DNA of 64,000 nt. Source: Candidatus Ratteibacteria bacterium. GTDB taxonomy: Bacteria; CAZDME01; JAYEMH01. A program made the translations under genes and the position numbers. The notes beneath the pieces were generated by a model that saw nothing but the letters and a program-made list of their open reading frames with translations, made no database searches and had not been told where the DNA came from. The stretch spans positions 1,784-65,783 of the forward strand of contig JAYEMH010000039.1 of NCBI GenBank assembly GCA_034717985.1. Direction: 5' to 3'. The first letter of the stretch is position 1; every line of letters starts with the position of its first letter. This document shows, piece after piece, positions 9,220 through 17,361 of the stretch.

Positions 9220-10521
9220 TTACTTTTTAGCAAATTTCTCCCAATTATAAACAACAATCTCTCTTAAATCATTCCAATCCAATTTCTTCTTCCTATATTC
9301 CCTCGGAATCACCGGAAGATGCCGTAGCACAAAATCCATCTTCTTTTTTTTACTGTGGACTATGGACTGCCGACTGTCGACCATACAATCATAGTTTACA
9401 TAAACTCCCATCCCGCACATCCATGCCAACATTTTCGGCGACCCTTTAAAAATCAATCTCACCGCCCGAAATAACGAAAAATTTCCGCTTTTCTCCTGAT
9501 ATAAAATCAACTTACACCAGCCTTTAATCTTATATTTTAGCCTTTCTCTTTTTAAATTTAACTTCGCCAGCTCTCTGTAGTCTGCAATCTGTGGTCTGTG
9601 GTCTGTGGACTGTCGACTGCCTGCCCTGAGCGAAGTCGAAGGGTGGACTATTTGAAACTTCCCGCTCTCCCACAGCCAGATATCTTTATAATAATTTCTT
9701 AGTTTTTCCCATTCTTTCAATACTTCTTTGCGGCTTTTAAATAACAAATCCTCTTTCGGATTCAATTTAAAATCCATCCATTTCCTAATCTTTTCCATTA
9801 AAGGGGAGGAGGATGGTATCGGGGTGTAATCAAGCCGGTTCATTTGGGCCAACATATTTTTATAAAGCGGTTCATATTTGCCTTCGGCAATTAAAATAGA
9901 AGAGGCAAGATTAACATAGCCCTTACAAATTTGGTAGGTTTGCGTGGGCATTATCCCCTTCTTATCTCCAAATATTTCTTTTAATTGCTCTAAGGCCCGG
10001 TTAAAAATAACCACCATTGATTCTTCCTTTTTGATATCATCCCTTTTATAATCAGGGACTACATCTAAAATCTTCCGGTTTCCCCATACCACCTTGCCGT
10101 AGTTCTTTAATTCGTAGGTAAAAGCGGTTGGGGGCATTTTTGTTAAAGACTTTTCTAAAAAAAGACTTAAATCAACTTCAAGATCAAATTCTTCTTCTTT
10201 AAGCTTCCTTGAAACATTTATGCTGATTTGGTTCGGTTTATCTCTTAACATCCGATAATCTGCTTCTTTAGTTAATACAACTATGAATTCCGAATCGCTT
10301 AAAAATACCGGCCGATTATTTCTGTCAATATATACCGTTCCTTCTCCTTTGGAGAAACTGCCGATTAATATGACTGATTCTATATTCTGCCCGGATATAT
10401 TTTCAACGATAACCTCACAAACGTTTTTTAAAAAGTCTTGCACAACAAAATCATACGTCTTTATATTTAAGAATTTGTCTTTTAAAGATGTTTTTTCAGT
10501 TGCGGCTTTATTTTCTGCCAT
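9220..10521 (-). CDS. hypothetical protein, possible pol-beta-like nucleotidyltransferase domain; contains in-frame dispersed-repeat insertions
   Basis: LIGSFSKGEGTV...LSDSEF weakly resembles a GS...DxE NTase signature; two copies of the GTGGACT-type repeat inside the ORF translate in frame; 5' end overlaps udk. Confidence 0.3.
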   Translation of the reverse strand: MAENKAATEKTSLKDKFLNIKTYDFVVQDFLKNVCEVIVENISGQNIESVILIGSFSKGEGTVYIDRNNRPVFLSDSEFIVVLTKEADYRMLRDKPNQISINVSRKLKEEEFDLEVDLSLFLEKSLTKMPPTAFTYELKNYGKVVWGNRKILDVVPDYKRDDIKKEESMVVIFNRALEQLKEIFGDKKGIMPTQTYQICKGYVNLASSILIAEGKYEPLYKNMLAQMNRLDYTPIPSSSPLMEKIRKWMDFKLNPKEDLLFKSRKEVLKEWEKLRNYYKDIWLWESGKFQIVHPSTSLRAGSRQSTDHRPQIADYRELAKLNLKRERLKYKIKGWCKLILYQEKSGNFSLFRAVRLIFKGSPKMLAWMCGMGVYVNYDCMVDSRQSIVHSKKKKMDFVLRHLPVIPREYRKKKLDWNDLREIVVYNWEKFAKK

Positions 10522-11120
10522 GATTCCTCTATTGGTTTAATCCCGGAGACAATTATATCGGCAAATTGCCGCGTGGGTTCAATATGCTTAAAATGCATCG
10601 GTAAGACCGTAGCCTGATACTGCTTTTTGACTGATTCTTCGGTTCTCCCCCGCTCCTTTATATCCCGGCTGAGCCTTCGTTGAAAGCGCGCCTCCGGCGG
10701 GACCTCAACATAAATTTTTAAATCCATCAATGAACGAAGCTCCTTCTCGGCCAGAACCAGTATTCCTTCAAGAATAAGAAAATCCCCGGGGATAAGATTT
10801 TTGCCCGGCTCCTTCACTCTGGTATGGGTTTTGAAATCATAAATCGCTATTTGGACCGCCTTTCCGGTTTTAATCTTCTTTAGGTGGCTAACCAGTAAAC
10901 TCAGGTCAAAAGCCTCCGGCTCATCAAAATTCAGTTTTTCCCGGTCTTTTAATTCAAGCAGGATTCTGTCTTTATAATAAAAATCCAGAGGTATTACATC
11001 GCATCTATGACCCCCTAATTTATCCTTCAAGGCATAAGCTAAAGTGCTTTTTCCGGAGCCGGTGCCGCCGGCAATGCCAATTATTAACGGTTTAGTCATT
11101 TGGCTTCTTTTTCCAGCCAT
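10482..11120 (-). CDS. udk: uridine kinase
   Basis: IIGIAGGTGSGKSTLA P-loop and overall Udk/PRK family match; real start may be internal M (MTKPL, ~11099), overlapping the upstream HTH ORF stop as ATGA. Confidence 0.75.
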   Translation of the reverse strand: MAGKRSQMTKPLIIGIAGGTGSGKSTLAYALKDKLGGHRCDVIPLDFYYKDRILLELKDREKLNFDEPEAFDLSLLVSHLKKIKTGKAVQIAIYDFKTHTRVKEPGKNLIPGDFLILEGILVLAEKELRSLMDLKIYVEVPPEARFQRRLSRDIKERGRTEESVKKQYQATVLPMHFKHIEPTRQFADIIVSGIKPIEESWQKIKPQLKKHL

Positions 11121-11266
11121 TTGTCAATTTGTTCTTTTTTGAAGCGAATGGAACGTCCCACCCTGACGCAAGGAATGTCTCCTTCCTTAACCTTCTTGTA
11201 AACGGTCAAGGGATTGAGCTGCATATACTCAGCCAGCTCCTTGGTGGTCATTAATTTACTGTTCAT
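11096..11266 (-). CDS. small HTH_17 (excisionase/AlpA/MerR-type) DNA-binding protein, 56 aa (not in ORF track)
   Basis: Own translation MNSKLMTTKELAEYMQLNPLTVYKKVKEGDIPCVRVGRSIRFKKEQIDKWLEKEAK; sits behind a palindromic promoter. Confidence 0.5.
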   Translation of the reverse strand: MNSKLMTTKELAEYMQLNPLTVYKKVKEGDIPCVRVGRSIRFKKEQIDKWLEKEAK

Positions 11267-11294
11267 AAACCGGCTCCTTTCTTAACTTAAACTA

Positions 11295-11335
11295 AAAAAG
11301 AGTATACCATATCCGGTATACTCCTGTCAAATTTA
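11295..11335 (-). promoter_or_regulatory. sigma70-like promoter TTGACA-N17-TATACT embedded in palindrome AGTATACC..GGTATACT
   Basis: Read on minus strand: TTGACAggagtataccggatatgGTATACT; a near-identical module is at 123-160. Confidence 0.45.
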
Positions 11336-11361
11336 GTTTATTCTTTTATGCTTTTTTATAC

Positions 11362-12192
11362 TTACAAATATTTATGAATGTATTCGGGAATGTGGTATTC
11401 TACGTTAGAAAGGACATAGCCGATAACCTTGCCTTTGGCCTGCTGAATCAGAAACTGGGCGTGCTGGATGACTTCCAATCGGGTAGATTCGGCCTTGATA
11501 ACCAAAATTATGCCCTCAGCCAGCGGGGCCAGCACCTGCCCGTCGGTTACGGAAATTAATGGCGGGACATCCAGAATCAGGTGGTCATAGCTTCCCTTTA
11601 AGTAATTGAGAAGCTCTTTCATTTTTGCCTGTCCTAATAATTCGGCCGGGTTGGAGGGTTTGGTTCCGGAGGCAATAACCGAAAGGCCGGAAATCCTGCT
11701 CTTTTGAATAACCCCGTCAATTTCTGAGTTTCCGCTTAATACCCCGGCCAATCCCACCTCAAGAGGGAGATTCATAATTTTATTGATTTGACCTTTTCTT
11801 AAATCGGCATCAATCAGTAAAACATTTTTATGTGAATCCCGGGCTAAAGTAACGGCCAGGTTTATGGCGGTGAGAGTCTTGCCTTCCCCGGCCTGACTGC
11901 TGGTTAGAATTACCGTTTTCGGAGGCGCTTCCGGTTTACTGGCAAAAAGATGGGTGCGCAGAATCCGATATTGTTCGGAAACCGGCGAATTGGGGGCGTA
12001 ATAAGCGACTACGCGGGGGTCAATACCGGTATCATCCTTTTTTTCGGCAATATAACTCAAGCCGGAAGGAGTTTTAAACTGGGCAAAAAATGCCTTTAAA
12101 GCGGCCAGACGGGAAGAAGCCGCCCCTTTAGCCGGCCGTTCCTCTTTTTGCCTGGCTTTCTTGAGAATTTCGCTTATTCTGTCTTCGTTCAT
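11362..12192 (-). CDS. capsular/EPS tyrosine autokinase (BY-kinase, CpsD/CapB-like)
   Basis: Walker A TSSQAGEGKTLTAINLA, Walker B LLIDADL, separate cytoplasmic kinase as in Gram-positive Wzc systems. Confidence 0.8.
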   Translation of the reverse strand: MNEDRISEILKKARQKEERPAKGAASSRLAALKAFFAQFKTPSGLSYIAEKKDDTGIDPRVVAYYAPNSPVSEQYRILRTHLFASKPEAPPKTVILTSSQAGEGKTLTAINLAVTLARDSHKNVLLIDADLRKGQINKIMNLPLEVGLAGVLSGNSEIDGVIQKSRISGLSVIASGTKPSNPAELLGQAKMKELLNYLKGSYDHLILDVPPLISVTDGQVLAPLAEGIILVIKAESTRLEVIQHAQFLIQQAKGKVIGYVLSNVEYHIPEYIHKYL

Positions 12193-12202
12193 TTAGGAAC
12201 CT

Positions 12203-13732
12203 TTAAGTCAATATTTTACTTAAAATGACAACGACAATAATCGCAAAAAAGATTAAACCCACCACAGTTAATAAAAGTCCCTGTTTGAGCCGCTGGGACT
12301 GAATCTCCCGCGGGGTAAAGATGCGGGGAATGGAAGCCAAAACCGGCAAATCCAGCAGGACCTTGGCATCTTCTATACTGCTGATAGAATGGTCGGTAAA
12401 CTCCCGGACAAAAACAGCCGCAAATCCGAGAAGGGTTCCCACAAACAGCCCTAAAAAAGAAATCTTTATTTTATTAGGCTTAATCGGTTTAAGAGACAGG
12501 CGGGCTTCGTTTAAAACTTTAAACTTGGTTCCTTTTTCCGAGGTCTCCAGCCGCTGGGAAATCTTGGCCGCCTCTAAACGCTGTAAAAGCATACTATAAA
12601 TACCCTCATTTACCCGGGTATCGCGGGTTAATTCGGCTAATTGCTGCTCCTGGGCGGGGATGCTTTGCACCCGGGCTTGATAATCCTCTTCCAGGGCTTT
12701 CAGGGCTTGCTGGCGGGACTCTAAGGAATCAATCTTTAGTTCCACAGTGCGAAACTGCTGTTCCAGCTCCTGATAGACCGGGTTAAGGGCCGAGGTTTCT
12801 TCGCTAATCGTCTTTTCTTTTTCCAGGGTAATCTGCGTTTCAATATCATCAATTTCCCGGCGCAATTCCTGAACCAGGGGGTGGGTTTCCCTGGCATCAA
12901 CCATCAGGGTATTAAGCTGCATCTTTAAACCCACCAAATGCTCGGTTAACTGGGCCACCAGGGGATTCTGAATGCGGGTTACCTCGGCAATAACTATCTG
13001 CTCTTCCCCGCTGAGCTGCCTTTCTAAAAGTCTTTTGGTCCGCATCGCATCTTCCAGGTCTAAGTTTACCTTCAGAAGTTCGGACTGGAAATCTACCAGC
13101 CGGCCCAGGTTAACGTTTAGCTCCCCTGGTAGTTCGGCCTGGTATTTCTCCTTAAATTCCTTAAGGGCCCTCTCTGAACCCTCCAGCTTTTTCTTGTAAA
13201 TTGCCAGCTGGTTTTCAATAAATTGGATGGCCGAGGAGGCCTCTTCGGTTATAGACTGGATATTTCTTTCAATAAAGATATTGGTTAAGACAGCGGCAAC
13301 CTGCTGGACCTGCCTGGGATTCTCCCCGAGATAGGATATCTGGATGATATCGTGCCCTTTCATATCTACCTTGACTTTTTTCCGGATACCTAAAAGGAGA
13401 TTTTCAAATTCCGGCTGGGACTTGACTTTCTCAGCCAGGCCCACTTTCTTGACCAGCTCTACCAGACTGTTCCAGCTGAGAATCTCTTCGGTCAGGGCAT
13501 TTAAGCGTTCCTTGACTGCCGTAGAGACAGCTAAATCGCCGATTAAAGGACTGATAATTCTCTCCTCGGTTACCAATATAGTGGTATAAGAGTGATAAAC
13601 CCTGGGCAGGAGAAAACTACCTAAGGTGGCGGTGGCAAAAACGGTGATAAAGGGGATGATAAAGAGCCAGCGGCGGCGAAAAATCACCTGAACATAATCT
13701 TTTAAGCTGACTTTCATCTGGGTAATGGGCAT
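12203..13732 (-). CDS. polysaccharide chain-length determinant (Wzz/GumC/Wzc N-terminal domain) protein
   Basis: N- and C-terminal TM segments flanking long coiled-coil periplasmic region; adjacent to BY-kinase. Confidence 0.7.
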   Translation of the reverse strand: MPITQMKVSLKDYVQVIFRRRWLFIIPFITVFATATLGSFLLPRVYHSYTTILVTEERIISPLIGDLAVSTAVKERLNALTEEILSWNSLVELVKKVGLAEKVKSQPEFENLLLGIRKKVKVDMKGHDIIQISYLGENPRQVQQVAAVLTNIFIERNIQSITEEASSAIQFIENQLAIYKKKLEGSERALKEFKEKYQAELPGELNVNLGRLVDFQSELLKVNLDLEDAMRTKRLLERQLSGEEQIVIAEVTRIQNPLVAQLTEHLVGLKMQLNTLMVDARETHPLVQELRREIDDIETQITLEKEKTISEETSALNPVYQELEQQFRTVELKIDSLESRQQALKALEEDYQARVQSIPAQEQQLAELTRDTRVNEGIYSMLLQRLEAAKISQRLETSEKGTKFKVLNEARLSLKPIKPNKIKISFLGLFVGTLLGFAAVFVREFTDHSISSIEDAKVLLDLPVLASIPRIFTPREIQSQRLKQGLLLTVVGLIFFAIIVVVILSKILT

Positions 13733-13748
13733 AGAAGGCGGCCTTTAG

Positions 13749-14618
13749 TTAATATATATCCTGTATATCGTTGATGGCAGTGGCTCTCTGGAGAGGATTA
13801 AGAAGCTGGTCGAGAAATATACCTAATTTTGAGATTACCGTCGAGCGGACGTAAACAATCTCTCCCGGCTTTATAATAAGATTGTCTTCCATTTTTCCCC
13901 GGTAGAGCAGGTCATATAATTTGACGGTCTTTTTCGGGATATTAGGATCCGGGCTGAAGATATAGGCAAAGCGTAAAGATGCCCCGCGGGTCGGCATGCC
14001 GGATGCGGTAATGGCGTCTCTCACGGTCATCTTCTTTCCCTGGGTAGAATATCTTCCCGGCCGGGCCACGGCGCCAATCACATAAATAAACTGGCTGTTA
14101 TATTCAATAATTCTGACATCAACGCTCGGCTTTTCAATAAAGCCAGATAAAAAGGCCGCCAGTTTATCTCTTAGCTGAAATTTGCTTAAGCCTTCGGCTT
14201 TTATCGGGTCTAAATAGGGCAGGCAGACATAACCGTTCGGTTCAATGCGAAAATCTCCCGAAAACTCCGGGTGGCGCAAAACCGAAACCCGGATAATATC
14301 ATCCGGCCCCAGGGAATAACTGTCATTTTTTACCGCCTTAACTTCGGCAGAATCTTTGTCCCTTTCTTCAACAACCGGCAGTTCTATCACTTCTTCTTCA
14401 ATCAGCGGCAATTCCACTTCAATTTCACCCGCAGACTCCTCCGGCTCCGGATAAACCCGTTCTGTTTTGAGACGGCTTTCTTTTTCTTCAAATTGTTTCA
14501 CCACTCTATAACTGGCAAAGACAGAGGTGGAAAGAAGGAAAAGAGCGGTTAGAGAAGCTATAACGTATATAGAACGTTGATGGAATGTCATTATCGGCAC
14601 CTTTGGTTTAAAGTTCAT
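13749..14618 (-). CDS. polysaccharide export protein (Wza-like, SLBB domain)
   Basis: Signal peptide, PGRY and IKPGEIVYV motifs typical of Wza/KpsD Poly_export+SLBB. Confidence 0.7.
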   Translation of the reverse strand: MNFKPKVPIMTFHQRSIYVIASLTALFLLSTSVFASYRVVKQFEEKESRLKTERVYPEPEESAGEIEVELPLIEEEVIELPVVEERDKDSAEVKAVKNDSYSLGPDDIIRVSVLRHPEFSGDFRIEPNGYVCLPYLDPIKAEGLSKFQLRDKLAAFLSGFIEKPSVDVRIIEYNSQFIYVIGAVARPGRYSTQGKKMTVRDAITASGMPTRGASLRFAYIFSPDPNIPKKTVKLYDLLYRGKMEDNLIIKPGEIVYVRSTVISKLGIFLDQLLNPLQRATAINDIQDIY

Positions 14619-14676
14619 TTAGTATAAATTATAGCACAGAAAATCTCTGAAGTAAAGCCAAAATTGACTGCGGCAG

Positions 14677-16671
14677 CTAAGCCATACGGAGCGGGTCAAC
14701 ATCAACCGATATGTTAATTTTACTTCCCGCTGAAAAATCCCGCAAAACACCGGTAAAAACATCCTGCAGTTTTTTTAAATCTTTTGCTTTTAAGGTTATC
14801 TGCCGGCAATATTTTCCTTTGATTTTTGAATAGGGGGAGGAAAACGGCCCTAAAATTTCGAAATGTTTGTGTTTTCCGGCTTCTTTCAGTTTTAAAAAAA
14901 GACGATTGGAATTTTTCTTGACACTATTTTCATCTTTCCCTCGTACGGTTATATTCGTAAAATGGCTGAAGGGAGGATAGGTAAGCTCCCGGCGAAATTT
15001 TAATTCCTCACGGTAGAATGCCCGGTAATCATGATTTTTTACCGCCATAAGGCTAAAATGGTCAGGATGATAAGTTTGAATAATAACCCGGCCTTTTTTT
15101 CCCATCTGACCGGTTATCCGACTCAATAGCTGGAAGTTTTTTTCTCCGGAGCGAAAATCCGGCAAATTAAGAGTAACATCAGCCGATATAACACCAACCA
15201 GGGTGGCCCGGGGAAAACCCCGGTCTTTGGCAACCATTTGTGTACCAATGAGAAAATCACTATCTCCGGCCTCAAATTTCCTCAGGAGGTCTCGGCGGGC
15301 ATTTTCCCGCCGGACAGAATCGGTATCCATTCGAATAACCCGGGCTCCGCTAAATTTTCTGTTAACTGCCTCCTCTACCTTTTGTGTCCCTAAGCCCGTG
15401 TAGCGAATATATGAGCTGAAACATTGGGGGCAGACCGAGGGCGGAGACTGGCGATAGCCGCAATAATGACAATGCGCCAAACCGTCGTCCTGATGAAAAA
15501 TTAATGACACATTACAATCGGGACAACGCAAAACAAACCCGCATTGCCGGCATAGAAGAGCGGTGGCAAAACCCCGCCGATTTAAAAAGAGGATTATTCC
15601 CTCCCGATTTTTCATCCTTTCCCGGATTGCCTCTTCTAAGGACGGAGAAATAATCCTATACCCGCTCCTTACCCGGGTCATATCGACAATTTGCACCTCA
15701 CAGGGAGGCGTTTTATCGAACCTTTCCGGTAAAACAGCCATCTTGTATTTTTTTCTCTCGGCCTGATAAAAAGTTTCTAAAGATGGGGCGGCCGAACTTA
15801 AAATAACCAGGGCCCGATTCATTCGCGCCCGCTGAAGGGCCGCTTCCCGGGCATGATATTTCGGGTCATCACTTTGTTTGTACGAACCGTCATCTTCATC
15901 AAAAATAATAATCATTCCCAACTTATTGAAGGGGGCGAATATTGCCGAGCGGGCACCGATTACAATATCTGTTTCGCCTTTTTTTATCTTTTGCCACTGC
16001 TCATAATGCTCCCGCCGGGGAAGCCCGCTGTGCAGAACTCCCGCCCGGCGGCCATATTGCTTAACCAGCCTTTTGAAAATCCGGGGGATTTTTGAAACTT
16101 CCGGGACTAAAATAATAACCTGCTTCTCCATTTTCAGGCAACAATCTATCGCCTGGAGGCAAACTTCAGTCTTTCCGCTCCCGACAGCTCCAAAAAGCAG
16201 CAAAACTTCAAACAAACCTTTCTCTAATGTGTTTTTAATTAAATTCAAGGCCTTCGCTTGCGGCCGGTTTGGAATATGTTTAGGAAAAGCTGCTTTAGCG
16301 GAAAGAGAAGCTGCCTTTTTCCTTTCCCTTTTCGGGGCTCCCTTTTTTACGGCGGCCGGAACGGCTTCAAATAAAGCCTTTCCCCGGGAACAAAAATAAT
16401 ACCGGCTTATCCAGCCGGCTAAGCGGAATATCTCTTGATTTAACAGCGGCTCATCATCCAAAACCTGAAATATTTCTTTTATTTTTTCCTCAGGAATATC
16501 GGGCCGGTCGGTAAGCCCGACAATAAAACCCGGGAGCGTCTTTTTACCGAAGGGCACGCTTACTCTTTTTCCGATAACAGCTCTATCTTTCAGTTCCCGG
16601 GGAATACGGTAATGAAACTCTTTATTGATGGGTAAATCGAAGACAATTCCGGCGTAGGTTTTATTGCTCAT
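14677..16671 (-). CDS. priA: primosomal protein N' (replication restart helicase)
   Basis: GSGKTEV Walker A, DEDDGSY (DExx box), Cys4 zinc-binding insertion CRQCGF..CPDC..CHYCG. Confidence 0.85.
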   Translation of the reverse strand: MSNKTYAGIVFDLPINKEFHYRIPRELKDRAVIGKRVSVPFGKKTLPGFIVGLTDRPDIPEEKIKEIFQVLDDEPLLNQEIFRLAGWISRYYFCSRGKALFEAVPAAVKKGAPKRERKKAASLSAKAAFPKHIPNRPQAKALNLIKNTLEKGLFEVLLLFGAVGSGKTEVCLQAIDCCLKMEKQVIILVPEVSKIPRIFKRLVKQYGRRAGVLHSGLPRREHYEQWQKIKKGETDIVIGARSAIFAPFNKLGMIIIFDEDDGSYKQSDDPKYHAREAALQRARMNRALVILSSAAPSLETFYQAERKKYKMAVLPERFDKTPPCEVQIVDMTRVRSGYRIISPSLEEAIRERMKNREGIILFLNRRGFATALLCRQCGFVLRCPDCNVSLIFHQDDGLAHCHYCGYRQSPPSVCPQCFSSYIRYTGLGTQKVEEAVNRKFSGARVIRMDTDSVRRENARRDLLRKFEAGDSDFLIGTQMVAKDRGFPRATLVGVISADVTLNLPDFRSGEKNFQLLSRITGQMGKKGRVIIQTYHPDHFSLMAVKNHDYRAFYREELKFRRELTYPPFSHFTNITVRGKDENSVKKNSNRLFLKLKEAGKHKHFEILGPFSSPYSKIKGKYCRQITLKAKDLKKLQDVFTGVLRDFSAGSKINISVDVDPLRMA

Positions 16672-16674
16672 ATG

Positions 16675-17340
16675 TTAAATTTTGTCATACTCTTTCTTAA
16701 GTTTTTTCATATCCTCCCAAACCAAACGTTTATCGCCCGGATTACGCAAAAGATAGGCTGGATGATAGGTAACCAAAAGCTTCATGCCTCTCAAATCAAA
16801 CCACTGTCCCCGCAAAATACCGATTCTTTCCTGAGAATTTAGCAGGGTCTGGGCGGCAAATCTTCCCAAAGCACAAATTAACTTCGGCTTCATTACCTCC
16901 ACCTGCTCCCAGAGAATCTGCTGGCAGGTAGAAATTTCCTGTGGTTCCGGATCGCGATTATTAGGCGGGCGGCATTTCAGGATATTGGTAATATAAATGT
17001 CGGCCCTTTGCAGGCCGATGGCCGCCAGGATTTTATCAAGGAGCTTACCGGCCCGGCCCACAAAAGGATAACCCTGCAAGTCCTCTTCTCTGCCCGGCGC
17101 TTCTCCGACAAAAACCAGTTTAGCCCGGGCATTCCCCTCACCAAAAACCAGATGTTTCCTGTCTCGTCCTAAACTGCACCGCTGGCAATCGGCATATTTA
17201 TCTTTCAGGTCTTTAAGGCTGGCCTTTTTCTCTGCCTTTTTAAATTTATTCATTGAAAAATCCCCCTGTTGGGCACAAATATATTCCCGGGTTAATTTAA
17301 TTAAATCGCCTAATTCCTTCTTTAATTCTTGACGGTTCAT
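16675..17340 (-). CDS. uracil-DNA glycosylase, family 4
   Basis: GEAPGREEDLQGYPFVGRAGKLLD signature of family-4 UDG. Confidence 0.8.
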   Translation of the reverse strand: MNRQELKKELGDLIKLTREYICAQQGDFSMNKFKKAEKKASLKDLKDKYADCQRCSLGRDRKHLVFGEGNARAKLVFVGEAPGREEDLQGYPFVGRAGKLLDKILAAIGLQRADIYITNILKCRPPNNRDPEPQEISTCQQILWEQVEVMKPKLICALGRFAAQTLLNSQERIGILRGQWFDLRGMKLLVTYHPAYLLRNPGDKRLVWEDMKKLKKEYDKI

Positions 17341-17361
17341 ATAAGGGAATTGGTGTTCGGG

